NCBI GenBank assembly: GCA_010093995.1
Contig: ML992501.1
Coordinates: 2,685,194-2,749,193, forward strand
DNA from: Elsinoe ampelina
Taxonomy: Eukaryota
DNA: 64,000 bases
Direction of reading: 5' to 3'
Shown in pieces: positions 36,251 to 48,726 of the stretch. The translations under genes were made by a program, and so were the position numbers. The notes beneath the pieces were generated by a model. It saw nothing but the letters and a program-made list of their open reading frames with translations, searched no databases and had not been told where the DNA came from. Every line of letters starts with the position of its first letter. The first letter of the stretch is position 1.

Positions 36251-37144
36251 GAGGAATGCTCGAGGGCCGGATGAGATGCTCGTTGCTAGACCTGTACTAT
36301 AGATTTGATACCACAATGCTGCGAGATCAGAAGCGCTAGGGATAGACATTGTCAAGAGAAATACACTCGGACCACACCTCATCACACAAGCACCTTCGGA
36401 TGTGTAGCCGCCTGTGGATCATGACGGAGCATTTGCACCAACCACAAGTAGGATTCCGCGATCAAGCATCTCCAGAATCCGGATTGATCAGATCGACAGC
36501 CGGTTCCCCGCAGGTCGATCAATTTTCTTGTTGCAGGCCTTGTTCCTGCGCGCCTGAGAGCGCTATAGATGCCGCTTGCTCCGCATTCCATCTTTCCTGA
36601 CGACATGGCGTCTGACAAGTCTGTACGAGGTTATTGTTTTGGGCCGCCTGTGCCGTCGCGATATGGAAAGAGCTTCCTTGAGCTTCTTATACTTCGAGGA
36701 CACCTCAATTGGATAACCGCCGTGCTTGGCTGATAGTCAATGGTGATCAGTGGGCGTCATTTCTTAACGGCGACAGGAACACCGTCAATTGGCAGGTAAA
36801 GTCCAAGCAGCACCTTCTCAGCTTGCATGACGCTCGAGCTGGAGGATCTGCAATAGCTGCGTTCCTGACGCTAGCCATCGAGCTACTTTGTCCATTACCC
36901 AATCTATCGTCTCAGCTCGCCCATGCCAGAGCTCTGTGCCGCCTTCCCTCGTTTCGCCAGCAACAACAACTGCCTCTTTCGCTCCAAACGTACACGCAAG
37001 CACTGCATCATGATGTCAGCCTCAAAGCAAGCTCTCTACCTCGCCCTACTGCATAAGACCTGAGCTCTCCACATCTCCCAACTTGCTCAAACTCCCTCAA
37101 CCCACTCCACCGTCTCCACCTCCAAACCCACCATTACCATCACC

Positions 37145-38002
37145 ATGCACTCCACTCTCCTCCTCCCCCTCGGCGCCACCCTCGCCCTGGCCCAATTCGT
37201 CCCACCCCCACCCCCCGTCCTCCTGACCACCACCAAATCCGCCGTCCTCCCCACGCTCCCCACCCCCTTCTCCGGCCTCCTCACCAACCAAGGCGCCATC
37301 ATCGCCAAAGCCCCCGCCCAACCCGGCTACGTGGGGCCGGGCGGCACAGCAGCCATCCAATCCTCCCTCCCCGCAGCAACCTACATCGCCTCCCTACCCC
37401 CCCGCGCCTTCAACGAACTCACCGGCACCATCATCGGCGGCTCCATCCGCGCCTCCTCCTCCCAAGACGGCACGGGCGTCACCTTCTCCATCTCCCTGAC
37501 CAACCTGCCGGACAACGCCCAGTACGGCCCGTTCGCGTACCACATCCACGACTCCCCCGTTCCCGCGGACGGCAACTGCACGTCCACCTTGGCCCACTTC
37601 GACGTGACCAACAGGGGAGAGTATATCCCCTGCGAAGTCGCAAAGCCCGAGACGTGCCAGACGGGCGATCTATCGGGCAAGCACGGCACGGCCAGGGGGA
37701 GCAGTTTCACGGCCGAGTACGTCGATGACTTTGTCAGCACGGACCCGAGTAGTCCGTATTTCATCGGGATGAAGAGTGTGGTTATCCATACCGCCAACAC
37801 AACGAGGTTGACTTGTGCGAATTTTATGGTGGCGAGTGAGAATGGGACCGGGGCGGGAGGGAGTGGTGCTACGGGGACGGGGAATGTGACGGCGCCCACG
37901 GCGACGATGACGCAGCCGGCGATGTTTACGGGGGCGGCGAGTAAGGTGGGCGCTGGGGCGGCGGTGGTGGGTGTTGCGGCGGTGTTTGGGTTGTTGATGT
38001 AG
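37145..38002 (+). CDS. Secreted/GPI-anchored Cu-only superoxide dismutase (Sod4/5-like)
   Basis: Signal peptide, YHIH, CTSTLAHFD, CQTGDLSGKHG, SVVIH and RLTCANF motifs. Thr/Gly linker followed by a hydrophobic GPI-type C-terminus. Confidence 0.88.
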   Translation: MHSTLLLPLGATLALAQFVPPPPPVLLTTTKSAVLPTLPTPFSGLLTNQGAIIAKAPAQPGYVGPGGTAAIQSSLPAATYIASLPPRAFNELTGTIIGGSIRASSSQDGTGVTFSISLTNLPDNAQYGPFAYHIHDSPVPADGNCTSTLAHFDVTNRGEYIPCEVAKPETCQTGDLSGKHGTARGSSFTAEYVDDFVSTDPSSPYFIGMKSVVIHTANTTRLTCANFMVASENGTGAGGSGATGTGNVTAPTATMTQPAMFTGAASKVGAGAAVVGVAAVFGLLM

Positions 38003-39907
38003 GGGTTGGTTGAAGTGGAGGGGAAGAGGGGAGAAGGGAAGAGATAATGGTAGCTGCGTGATGACGGGGTATATACCTAAGACAGAAGCAATAAAACAGT
38101 TCCCTTGTGTGCTCGTACCTACCTTCTGTGGTGATCATCTTGTCGTCCTGGCCAAGTGTTTTCATTGCGCTGCCGCTTGGCTAGGGTGGAGGGACGATGC
38201 ATGACTGCTTGCAAGGCTCTGCCCGACAGCCGATGTGTACTGTTCCACCCCCGGAAGTGGCCCAACAGTTTGGGACCAACCTTCGTCTTGGTCTGAAGCT
38301 GTAAGGTGTCGTATAACCCAGTCCAGATTCCTCGAGGTCAAGCAGACCCTACATCGTCGCACGGCAACATGGACACCTCTTCTCATCGTGCCTATCTGGC
38401 ATACTCGAGAAACTCGGGGTGGTGGGAAGCCGTACGGGACTAGCAGGGGTTGCTTCTTGTGTATCCTCAAACCAAGGAGGGGCGCGGAGATGGTTATGCA
38501 GTTGTTCCTGGGAATCCGGCGGTGGGCCACTGGAACTCGACAGGCGGAGCCATGTCGACTTTGCCTGATTTGTCGGTTCGCGTCTGGAGGGTCATTTGGT
38601 AGGGTAACGCGGTGTGGTTGTCAGATAGAGAAGACTGCCGCTGGTGAAGCTCAGGTCTTGTGCTTTCTTTGAAGACTTCGGGCCGTCGAGGTGGGTTGTG
38701 TTGATTGATGATCGTAGGATCCCATGCGTCACGACCTGGCTCTGAGAGTTGTTCGGCGTCGAGAATGTGTGTTCATGCGAGGCTGCGTTTATGACCTGCG
38801 TTCTTGACCTGCGTGATGGGGCTGGAGGCGGTTTGGCAGCTTTCGTGGCGCCTCTGCTGCTCTTCTTGTTCTTGCAAGCCAGTTGAATTGTCCGAATACT
38901 ACCTCAGTGTCTGTTAGAATGTCGGGCGTTGTTTGAGCTCAGAATGCGGAGCCATGAGGGTCTTGTCGGCTGTCGTTGCTTGAAGCTTGGGATTTAAGAA
39001 CTTCTCTCCGCTCATTCCATCCTTTCTTTGTCACGCAGCCGACTTCCATCAACAGGACTCATCGGCACGACGATTTTCGAACATGGAGGGCCCAAGCAGA
39101 AGACAGCAGTGCCAGCCCAGATGATCTGATCCTTGAAGCAAGGGATTCACACGCGCCGAGACCGAACAGCGGTGTCTGTTCCTCCAAGGTCCTATGCACA
39201 TTAACCACCTAGCAGCAAACGACAGGTCTCATGCTGCTGTTCGCCACGACCACCGTCGAACCGTCACTCGGCATTGACATGATAGTCTCGTCCCGGTCGA
39301 GATGATCTTCAGGATCAGGCCTCGGGTCCAGTCAACGACAGCAGGGTATGAACAAGTGTCTGTTCTCAACCCCGACGACCGAAATGACAAGTCGCCGAAC
39401 ATGCATTCCCGACGGCACGACTCTTCATCCGTGATCAGTAAAAGAGCAGGATCTATGAAACGATGGACATTGACCTTGTACAAGCACAAATTGCTTGCTC
39501 CAAGAGGCTCAACCGAGGTTCCCCAGTTTTTTCACCATCGAACATCGCTTCATGCTCGGTGATATCATCGGGCCTCAAGTTGCTCAGGGAGCATTGCTCA
39601 TTTGCAGGACTCACACAGCTCAAAAGGCTTAGCTGTTGCAACGAGTGGCCTGATCAGTCGTTGACGAAGGACAATTCCCGCTCGAAGTAGCTGTTCGTCT
39701 GCAGCAAGAGGAGAAATCCTTGAAGGCCATCTTGATCAGTAAACGCTTGCCCGGAGACGCCGACCGCACCTCTGAACTCTGTTTGACGACATTGCATATC
39801 AACATTCTCTTCAAGATCAAAGACTTCCATCGAACCGCATCTATTCTTACTTATTCCTTCTTCCTTTTGCAGTACTTCTTCAAGTACATACAGACCTACC
39901 TTGCAAG

Positions 39908-41103
39908 ATGTCTGCCCCCAAGCAAACCAAGCAATACCTGCTTGCAGCGCACCCAAAAGCCGAGGTCAACCCGTCAGAGCAATTCAAGCTTGTCACAACT
40001 GACCTACCGGAGCTCAAAGATGGCCAAGTCTTGGTGAAGGTCAGATACCTGTCCAATGATCCAGCACAGCGAGGATGGATCTCGTACCACCCGAACCCAG
40101 AACGTCTCTACGTACCGCCCGTTCAGATCAACGAGGTCATGCGTGCAGGCGGTATCGGTACAGTTGTCAAGTCCAACTCTTCCAAATTCAAGGAGGGCGA
40201 TAGCGTTGTTGCCACCATCGGCTGGACCGAGTACGCTGTCATCGGGGCTGATCAGTGTACACCGCTCAAGTCTGTGCCCGGTCTCGCAGAAACGCACTTC
40301 CTCGGCGCTCTTGGTATGACTGGTATGACTGCCTTTGCTGGTCTCGAGAAGGTCGATACCACCAGCAAGGATGAGCTTGTCGTCATTTCTGGAGCTGCAG
40401 GCGCTACAGGTAGCATGGCTGTTCAGATTGCCAAGCACCTAATCGGCGTGAAGAAGGTCGTTGGTCTGGCTGGTACTGACGAAAAGTGCCGATGGGTCGA
40501 GAGCATCGGTGCTGATGTCTGCATCAACTACAAGGCCAAGGATTGGAGGAAGCAGCTCAAGGAGGCCACCAAGGGCAATGTTGATGTCTACTTTGACAAT
40601 GTTGGCGCGCCTATCTTGGACGCTGTGATGGCGAGGATGAAGACTCACGGAAGGTGAGATTGTCATTTCAACCATATCGTTGCCGTTGCTGATCGATTTG
40701 CAGGATCGCTGCCTGCGGTGCTGTCGCCACATACAACTCTGGCGAGGGTGCTGACCCAGTCCGCAACTGGTTCGAGGTTATTTGTATGTCCATTGCCTCC
40801 TTTTGCAGTCGCACAAGTCGCTAACGGTATCCAAGCGTCTCGTCTGGTGATCAAGGGCTTCATCGTCTTCGACTTTGCCGACAGATTCGGAGAGTTCACT
40901 AGTCGGCTGGTCAAAGGCTTCCAGGATGGCAAGATCAAGATCAGCGACGCCAACGAGACTGTCGTAGACACCAAGTTCGAAGACATCCCCAACACATGGT
41001 TGAAGCTGGTGAGTGCTCTGATGATGTCACAGGTGTTCGTTTGCTGACGATGAAACAGTTTGTAGGTGCCAATCAAGGCAAACTGGTTACCAAGCTGGTG
41101 TAG
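39908..41103 (+). CDS. NADP-dependent MDR oxidoreductase (prostaglandin reductase/LTB4-dehydrogenase-like); 3 introns
   Basis: YLSNDPAQRGW, LGALGMTGMTA, VISGAAGATGS, DVYFDNVG, GRIAACGAV and GANQGKLVTKL*. Confidence 0.9.
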
Positions 41104-41594
41104 TCAGCTATATATCAAGCTTTGAATACGACGTGTACTACCAGACATGCTTCAGCAGTGATCATCGCATCATGGCCGCCACCGTGGTCAAGCATCACCC
41201 CTGAGATTCAGACGAAGGACAGGTGACTAGAGACCAGGACGAATTCGCCCAGGACAAGTATAACGAACAGGTAAAAGAGGGTGTATGAGATTCAGTAAGT
41301 AATATTTCCCATGATTAGTTGAAAGCATTGGTCGCAGCATTACCAAGAAAGGAGCTGGTCGTCGGGCCAAAAGAGCCGCACTCAAATTTCGTCAAGGCTT
41401 CAGTCAACTTCCCGCCATCAACCTTACCCACAACATACACCACCATCAACCTCACCTACCACCACAACCTCTGCTCCACCATCAAGGCCCCTATCTACCA
41501 CACCGCAGCGCCCTGCGAGTTCTTGGGCACCCTCCTCTCCTGCTCCTCTCCTTCCTCACCACCCTCCCTCCACCCCTCCGTCGTCACCTTGACG

Positions 41595-42582
41595 ATGGAC
41601 ATCATCGTGGATGATGGTCACTGCATCATCCAAACCGACCAGCGAAGATCCTTCCTGGTCTCAATCTCGGGAATTAGGCGTTCCCCCACCCTGAACGCCG
41701 CCTTGTCGTCGCCGGACGCCCATTGGACGGGCGACCTCGTGCTCCTCCATGTGAGGAACGTCGATGCCGTCGCACTCGACCACCTTCTGCGCCGCATGTG
41801 TGGGGATTACCCCGTTCCGGAAGAGGGCTGGACGCCAAGTTCATGCCTGCGCTTGACGCAGGTCTACTGGCACCTCTTCCCGGAGGGGGGATTCTCGTGG
41901 GGCTGGCTCCCCATGCTCCGCAACGTCACCTTGGCGGACTGTGGGGAGCTCGGTCTGGCCATGATGGCTACGGCGGCGGCAAGGGCTCAGCAGGGCCGCT
42001 TTTTTGGGTCGGCGGCGAGGAGGTTGATTTGGCACCACTCCCGCCAAGTGATGGACGGTACGAGCTTTTGGCCGGCCGATGATTGTGTGAGAGGTATGGC
42101 TGACCTTTCTGGTAGTAATTCCTGCGTATACTGATTATCTTACAGCCGGAATCCAAGCTCAAGCTCAACGGACAGAGCAGGCCATCCTGGAAGCAGTGGA
42201 GCCCTTTGTGTCTGGTAGGATCTACCACCTCGACTGCTGCGACGCCGACGTCACCATCGTAAGCGACATTGGCAACATCATCGCTCGGCGTACCACGATG
42301 TCATTTCGAGAGCTGGTCGACGAGATCGGGAGAGCCGAGAAGGACGCGGTCACACAAACTCATTCACCCATTCCACCTACCTGTATCGCGAACAATCTCC
42401 TACTTCCCCCTCACTTCGACGGTACAATCGAACTTTTCAAGGACGTCTTTCAAAACCTGTTCGCCCAACTCGACCGCATCAAAGAAGACTGTCACAACCT
42501 CTGCCCATTCTGCTGTTTGGAGAACAGGCACATCGTTGGTCATGACATTGTCTATTGCGACATTCCCTATCACCGGCGATGA
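41595..42582 (+). CDS. Divergent BTB/POZ-like protein (intron 42094-42145)
   Basis: DGHCIIQT...SFLVS...SPTL...VDAVALDHLL resembles the fungal BTB start. Colinear similarity to the 58101 gene. The phase-1 intron joins the ORFs in frame. Cys/His-rich C-terminus. Confidence 0.6.
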
Positions 42583-42587
42583 TTTTC

Positions 42588-42752
42588 GGATACTACCAGA
42601 CTGGAGGCAGCCCTCGACGTGAGGGACCCTCCGATGCCGACCACGTCCTACCAGCGCTACTGATATCCTGCCAGAGCTCGGGCAGCCCTCGTCGTGAGGG
42701 ACCCGTCCACCGCCACTCCGACCCCTCCTCACACCAACGTCCTACCAGACCA
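42588..42752 (+). repeat. Degenerate ~75-bp tandem repeat (2-3 units)
   Basis: GGCAGCCCTCGwCGTGAGGGACCC at 42606 and 42681. T(A/C)CT(A/G)CCAG cores at 42591, 42666 and 42740. Confidence 0.75.
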
Positions 42753-43264
42753 CAGCAGCCATCCGGTATTCGCGCTTGGTGCGGCTCACATGGCGTTTGT
42801 GGTGGTTCTGTATATCGTCCTGCATCCTGGGAGACTGGTCAGGCTAGCAAGGACATATTACCAAGCTGCCGGTGGCTCCAACGGGGAGGCGTAATGAGGG
42901 AGGGCGCAATAGAGCAGAGTTAGTGGAAGTATAGAAGCCAGCGTGCGCCGAATATGAGACGAATGAATGAATAGGGTCTAATGGTATCGATCATGTCTCG
43001 TAATTGCTTCCGCGACCCCGTGCGGGTGTGCTTGTGCACGATCTGCTCGTGCTTGCCTACATCTGCTTCTTCCGTCAGTCAGACAATGCTGCAAAGACGT
43101 TGCCATGGCTGACTGACCAAACGTACCACTCACGTTGACGCGGGTAGTACAGCTCGAGATCCTCGAGGCTAGGGCCGAGCCCTCTACGTGCTGGGACACT
43201 ACATGTTGTGTATAGAACATGCATGGTCATGGTGATTCTGAGTGATCCGTCCTCCAGTGTCCCT

Positions 43265-44141
43265 TCAGTCATCGTCACTGTTCCTCCGCTTCTTCCCTTT
43301 GCCGCCAGCGGTGCTCACTTCCTCTTCTTAGGACCTTCGCCATCTTCGTCATCCGAGTCAGCGCCGCCCTTCTTCGCTGGCGCATCGGGGATTTTGTCGA
43401 CAATCTCGCGAAGGTTGTCAAATTGCTCGTCTTGCATTACAGCCATCTTCATGTGCTGGGTCATGACGCGTTTCGAGTTTCGAGCTCTGGCGACATCCGA
43501 TGAGGCAGTGATGAGTCGGATCATAAACAACTCGAGCGCTTTGGCTATGAGTGTGTCAGGAATGTACAAGAATGTTGTGAAGTCGGAGACTTACCCATTA
43601 CTACTGGTGTGACTTGAGCGACCTTGCCCACGTCTTCGTCCGCTTGCATGATCCGCTTGATACGAGCCACGGGAAATTTTGTCTTGACTTCAATGCCCCG
43701 GGTATCCATTTTTTGTCCCGGTGTCGAAGTGTTCTTCTTCGCGGATGTTTGTGATCGTGGTTGTGAGGTTGGTTTCACATCGAGCTGAGGTGTCCAGTCT
43801 GCGTCTTCATCTTTGATCCGTTGGGACCGCGTTGATGCTGGCATCTCTTGTGGGTATAATTCAGGGTGTGACGTAGGCTGTTGAAAGTTTTGGTAATTTG
43901 AAGTAGGATATGGGCCAAAGCCTTGATTGCTCTGATCCCAGGAGGAGTCGAGGCTGAAGCTCGGTGGCTGTTGGATTTGAGGCTGGTGATAGCTCGGTAA
44001 ACCTCCAATGTCCGGACTTTGAGGAGCCCAGGTAGAAGCGTGATTGTTGACTTGAGCTTTGTATGCCGAAAGATCTGGGGACTGTGGGGCGTAACCAGCA
44101 AGGTCTGGAGACCTCGGAGCCCAAGATTGATGATTTGCCAT
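43265..44141 (-). CDS. BUR6: NC2 alpha subunit (Bur6/DRAP1) histone-fold protein; one intron; probable 1-nt frameshift near 43319
   Basis: [35 protein letters not shown]...[15 protein letters not shown]. As given, the stop is at 43315. The shifted frame gives the tail [17 protein letters not shown] ending at 43265. Confidence 0.85.
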
Positions 44142-44755
44142 TGGCGGGAAACACGTCCTGTCCGGCCCGGAGGGGCCCAACTTTTGCTTTGTGTGACGCG
44201 AGATGGGCGGAAGGTTCAATGAGTCGCGGAATTATTTTCTTATCGATAAGAGCTGTTGTTTGGCGATTCCAAGTGCGGCCCAAGCTCCACGGGAAGGAGA
44301 AAGGAAGGAAGCTGGGGGATTGTCGGCTAAAATCAACAGGCGCAGCGAAACAGCTTTGGGAATGGGAATTGGCAGCGGACATCGGCGGGAAAGCGCGTGT
44401 CTTTTATCTCAGACCTCACCGTCTTCCCACCTGCAACGACGCGTTCCGTTTCAGGTTTAGCGTCACGCCAGACCCAAGATCCGTTTTTCACGCTCGGACA
44501 GCTGTCATGAAAATTGCATTTTTTTTCTTGAGCATTCTGGTAAACAGAGTCTGCAAAATAGTACCAGGGCTACACGGAAGACAATGTAGCTCTGTCCTCC
44601 TCATGTTAATTACTGCCTTGCCTCAATCACAGCAGTGCTCCTAGTAACAGCATTCCCTTGAGCTGGCTGTATTAGTGGGTTCGCTGATCATCTTCGTGCA
44701 TGCTTCATGTATGCAGGGGCATCTATCTTACATTCGACCTCACTTACAACAGATT

Positions 44756-45988
44756 CTAAGTATCCTTGACCCAGCTGCCATCCTTCATTTTCCCTTCCAC
44801 ACTACCACCTTCTTCCCTCCATGTCTCCACCAGACTGGCCTTGGGGTCCTCGGCCGGTAAGCCCCGGCTCAGCCTCAATTTCAAAACCTCCTGCCTGACC
44901 CTGAGGGTACACTCTTCTCGTAGCTGCACTGCTTCGGCTCCGACCCTCAGCTCATCATCCCTGAGCACACCGAGCTCTCCTGACACGTGATTGCCTTCCC
45001 TCTTCTTGACCTTTTCTTGCAGCTTCCGCCACCGCTCTCTCAAATCTCCGAAAACAATATCCGTGTCGACTTTCCGCCCGAAAGTCACGCTGACTTGCCT
45101 CCCTGCTCGGGGCACAAAGCGAGGAAACTCCCTAGACTCGTGCATGATCTGATCAAATCCTTCGATCCACATTGGTACCAGGTCCGGACATGGCTCCGCT
45201 TCTAGAAGCATTCTTGAAACGCCCCATTTGAAGTACCGCATCGTCATTTCTGGATGCTGGTGGATCTTGCCTTCCGGGAAGACGTGGACCCACGCATGTC
45301 GCCTTGAATGATATGCTGATGGTGCTGGGAATGTGTCCACTCCATTGGTAGTATATGACAGTGATCCGTCGCTAAATGGATCTGGCAAGTCCGGCACAGA
45401 GGTCACGGATCCGGTAGGAAAGGGATGCGACCTCGGTGGGACAAAAGGTCCAGAACTAAGCAGACGGATCGCTTGAGTCATCGTCGGCTGAAATAGTCCT
45501 CCATAGGCTGAGTGTGCAAGTCGATGGGCTGGCAATGTGTTACCCAACGAGAAGAAAGTGGACAACGGCTTGTTCGGAAATGCCAGATCATGGCTAGCGA
45601 GGGACCATCGAATATTGTTTGGACTCCAGTGCGTGGAAAATGGTAATGAGCCCCATATTAAAGGATCATCAAGACTGCCATGGTCAGAGATGGTGGAGTC
45701 AGGACATCATGTGACATACACGCTCGAATGATTAGATACTGCATGACTTGTCAGATTCTGCTTGGGCCATATCGAGACTTGAAAGTTACCAGTGATTAAC
45801 CCACGCTCCCTGCCGGCAACATCTTCCCTCTCCTCCAGCAACCTTTGAAATTCATCCCAGCCGTGCACCTCGAGCTTGTTGAGCCCGACCAAGAAACTTC
45901 TGCACAGTGTCCCTGTCAGGCCTGTGATCACCGCGGACCCAGTCCGCCACAGCAGTGAAGGTTGAGCAGGCAGCTCACTGTCCGTCAT
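44756..45988 (-). CDS. TAZ1: Tafazzin (cardiolipin transacylase); 2 introns
   Basis: GLIT-VSNHSSV-LDDPLIWG (NHxxxxD), RWSLASHD, WVHVFPEGKIHQ and MRYFKWGVSR. Confidence 0.93.
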
Positions 45989-46288
45989 GCCTTCAGTCAC
46001 AATGCATGACAGAGACAAAGTGTCGTACAAGAAGGGAAGAGGGTGAAAGAGTGACTACTTATCAATATTGAAGAAGTTGCAGGTGCTAGGTCAAGTTGAC
46101 CATTGCTCGGCTGCAAACATGAAAACGGGAACCAATGACGACCTTCAGCCTCAGGCACGAGCTCCGGCCGGAGAGCAAACCCTAACATTCGAGCCTCTCT
46201 CCCCCAGCACATCCACATCTCAGCAGCTTCATGTCAAGCAGCTGAGCTCCACCATGGCCTCTGACGTCTCAAACACTCTCTCTTACTC

Positions 46289-47432
46289 ATGGCAAGCTTC
46301 ATCCCTCGCCATGTCTTCCCTCCTCCCGCCTCCCTCCCCAAGTCCTACTTCCTGGGCCACCACCGCGCCGGCCTCACCAAAATGAACAGCATGCTCTCCC
46401 AAATCGACCTCATAATTGAATGCCGCGACTACCGCGTGCCCCTCACCTCCACCAACCCCCTCTTCGAATCTCTCCTCCAAGGCCGCCCCCGCATCGTCGT
46501 CTTCACCAAACGCGACCTCGGCAGCCCACACCCCCCTCTCCCCTCGGACCAAAAAGTACCTCCCCTCATTAACCCCCCACTCCAATTTCCCTCAGCTAAC
46601 CCGCTCCTCCCAGCGCGAATCCCTCCTCACATCCCACCTCCTCCCCTCCCGCTCCCTCTTCACCTCCCCGTCCTCCCCCACCACCATCGCCTCCCTCCTC
46701 TCCCTCATCCGCACCCACGCCGCCTCCCGCACCTCCCTCACCGGCTCCCGCCTCCTCGTCGTCGGCATGCCCAACATCGGGAAAAGCACCCTCCTCAACG
46801 CCCTCAGAAGCAAAGGCATGCAACGCCCAAAGGCCGCACGCACGGGCGCCCAGCCAGGAATCACCAGAAGCGTGGGGACGAGCGTGAAGATCATACCCTC
46901 CGAGACAGACACCCACCCCGGCACGGACGGCCGAGGCCAGAGTCAGGGAAAACCCGGATCCCAGGGGGTGGGAGGAGGCGTCTACCTCCTCGACACACCC
47001 GGCGTCTTCGTGCCCTACGTCCCGGACGCGGAAACGATGCTGAAACTCAGTCTCGTCGGGTGCGTGAAGGATGGGATCGTCCCGCTGGAGACGTTGGCGG
47101 ATTACCTCCTCTACCGTGTGAATCTAGTCGATCCCGGGGTGTATAAACCGTGGTGTGGCCCGACGAACGAGGTAGGGGAGCTATTGGAGGGGGTCGCGAG
47201 GACGACGGGACGGCTTGGGAAGGGAGGGACACTGGATGTGGAGGGGGCGGCGTTGTGGTTTGTTCAGCGGTGGAGGAACGGGCAACTGGGGAGGTTCGTG
47301 TTGGATGAGGTTAGTGAAGCGTCGTTACGAGGCCAGAGGGAGAGGGAGGAGAGGATGAGTTGGAGTCAGGTGAAGAGGAAGGGGAGGGAGATGAGGGGGA
47401 GGGCGAAGGGGAGGGTGGAAGAGGAGGGTTAG
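46289..47432 (+). CDS. MTG1: Mitochondrial ribosome-assembly GTPase (RbgA/YlqF family; intron 46556-46613)
   Basis: SYFLGHH, IECRDYRVP, TKRD (G4), VGMPNIGKSTLLN (G1), PGIT (G2) and LLDTPG (G3) in circularly permuted order. Confidence 0.92.
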
Positions 47433-47496
47433 GCTGGCGGGGAAAGATGTATGATACCCTTGTTCTAGATACTTGTACATTATTGTAGCATAATCA

Positions 47497-48726
47497 TCAT
47501 TTGCCGGGTGGCAATCTCGCTTTTGTGGCGGCTACTATCCTTCTGAGCCCGCTCTGTCGCTCTTCCTGGCTGTCGCACAGGAACAGCTTGACTACAGGCC
47601 ATGCGTGGACCCAGCCGGGCTCTTCGTACACCTCCACGTCTGTCTCTGCTTTTTTCAGGAGACTGACAAGCTTTCGTGCTTCTGGCCCAAATACCTCTTC
47701 CTGCCCGTAGATGAAGTACCAGCCTTTATCGGGGCTTGCCCTCCGCCACCACTCCAGATCCGTGCATGTCCCTGGACTGGCGACGGGGTCTTCTGTTGTG
47801 GCAGCGTTGCCTAGGTACTGACTGCCGTAAAGATGCAGACTGTCTGCGTTGAGGTAGTCGCTTGGTGTGTCCTTGTTGCTGTCGCTGATAATGGTAGTCC
47901 ATGGACTGATCAGAGTTGCGAGACCAGGCATCTTGACTTCGCCTCCTTCGAGCTCGGAGATGCTGAGTAGAAGCGAGAGGATGAGGGTGGCGCCGGCGGA
48001 GTCGCCGCCTACTACAATCCGGCTGGGATCATCGACGATGGACAGGACATATTCGTAACCTGTGCGAGATTCATGGACTTGGTGTGGAAAGGTGGCTTCT
48101 GGTACCAGAGTGTACTCTAACGCGAACAGAGCGGGGTTGGCATAGCCTTGTTCTTTGAGGATTGTCACCCATGCGAGGAGAAATTCGAGATAGAAGTAGG
48201 AGCTGCCCATGCTGAAGCCGCCTCCATGACAGTAGTATACAATGATGTCCGGCTGCGTTGTCGGGTCGCTTGTCACCCATATGCCTTGTAAGCCTGGTCG
48301 CTTGACTTCGTGCCAGTGAATGGGCGAGCGAATGATGAAGTGCCGCAGCTTGCGAAACGTGAAAAAGGGTAGGGCGACTTGCTTCGAGAAGAACACCTTG
48401 CCAATCGCAGCTGGAATGTCAGCGAACGCGTAGCGGACACATCGTATGACAATATCCTGGAAGAGGGTGGCGCTGCGGCAGAATGGCGATTGGCCTGCTC
48501 GATGCGTAAAGTATCGTTCGAGTATGAGTTGATATGGCATGACAATGACTGAATCGCATCAGAAGCGGCATTAATTGATCATAAGCAGCTTTGACTCACC
48601 TAGAAAGGGTAATGCTTGTAGTGCACATGATATCGTGCCTACCAGTCCAACCTGCAGGAGGAGCTGAGGCGCCAGAAACACCAGGAAAGCAAAGCAATCA
48701 AGGAAGGAGATCTGCGTGAGTATCAT
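47497..48726 (-). CDS. Alpha/beta hydrolase of the HSL/GDXG type (Say1/Mug180-like); one intron
   Basis: HGGG oxyanion motif, GDSAG nucleophile, ISPW and HAWP. Hydrophobic N-terminal exon. Confidence 0.85.

Noticed and set aside
38100..39850. Several 60-145 aa ORFs between the SOD and the oxidoreductase
   Set aside because: They have no motifs or coding-like bias and are treated as intergenic.
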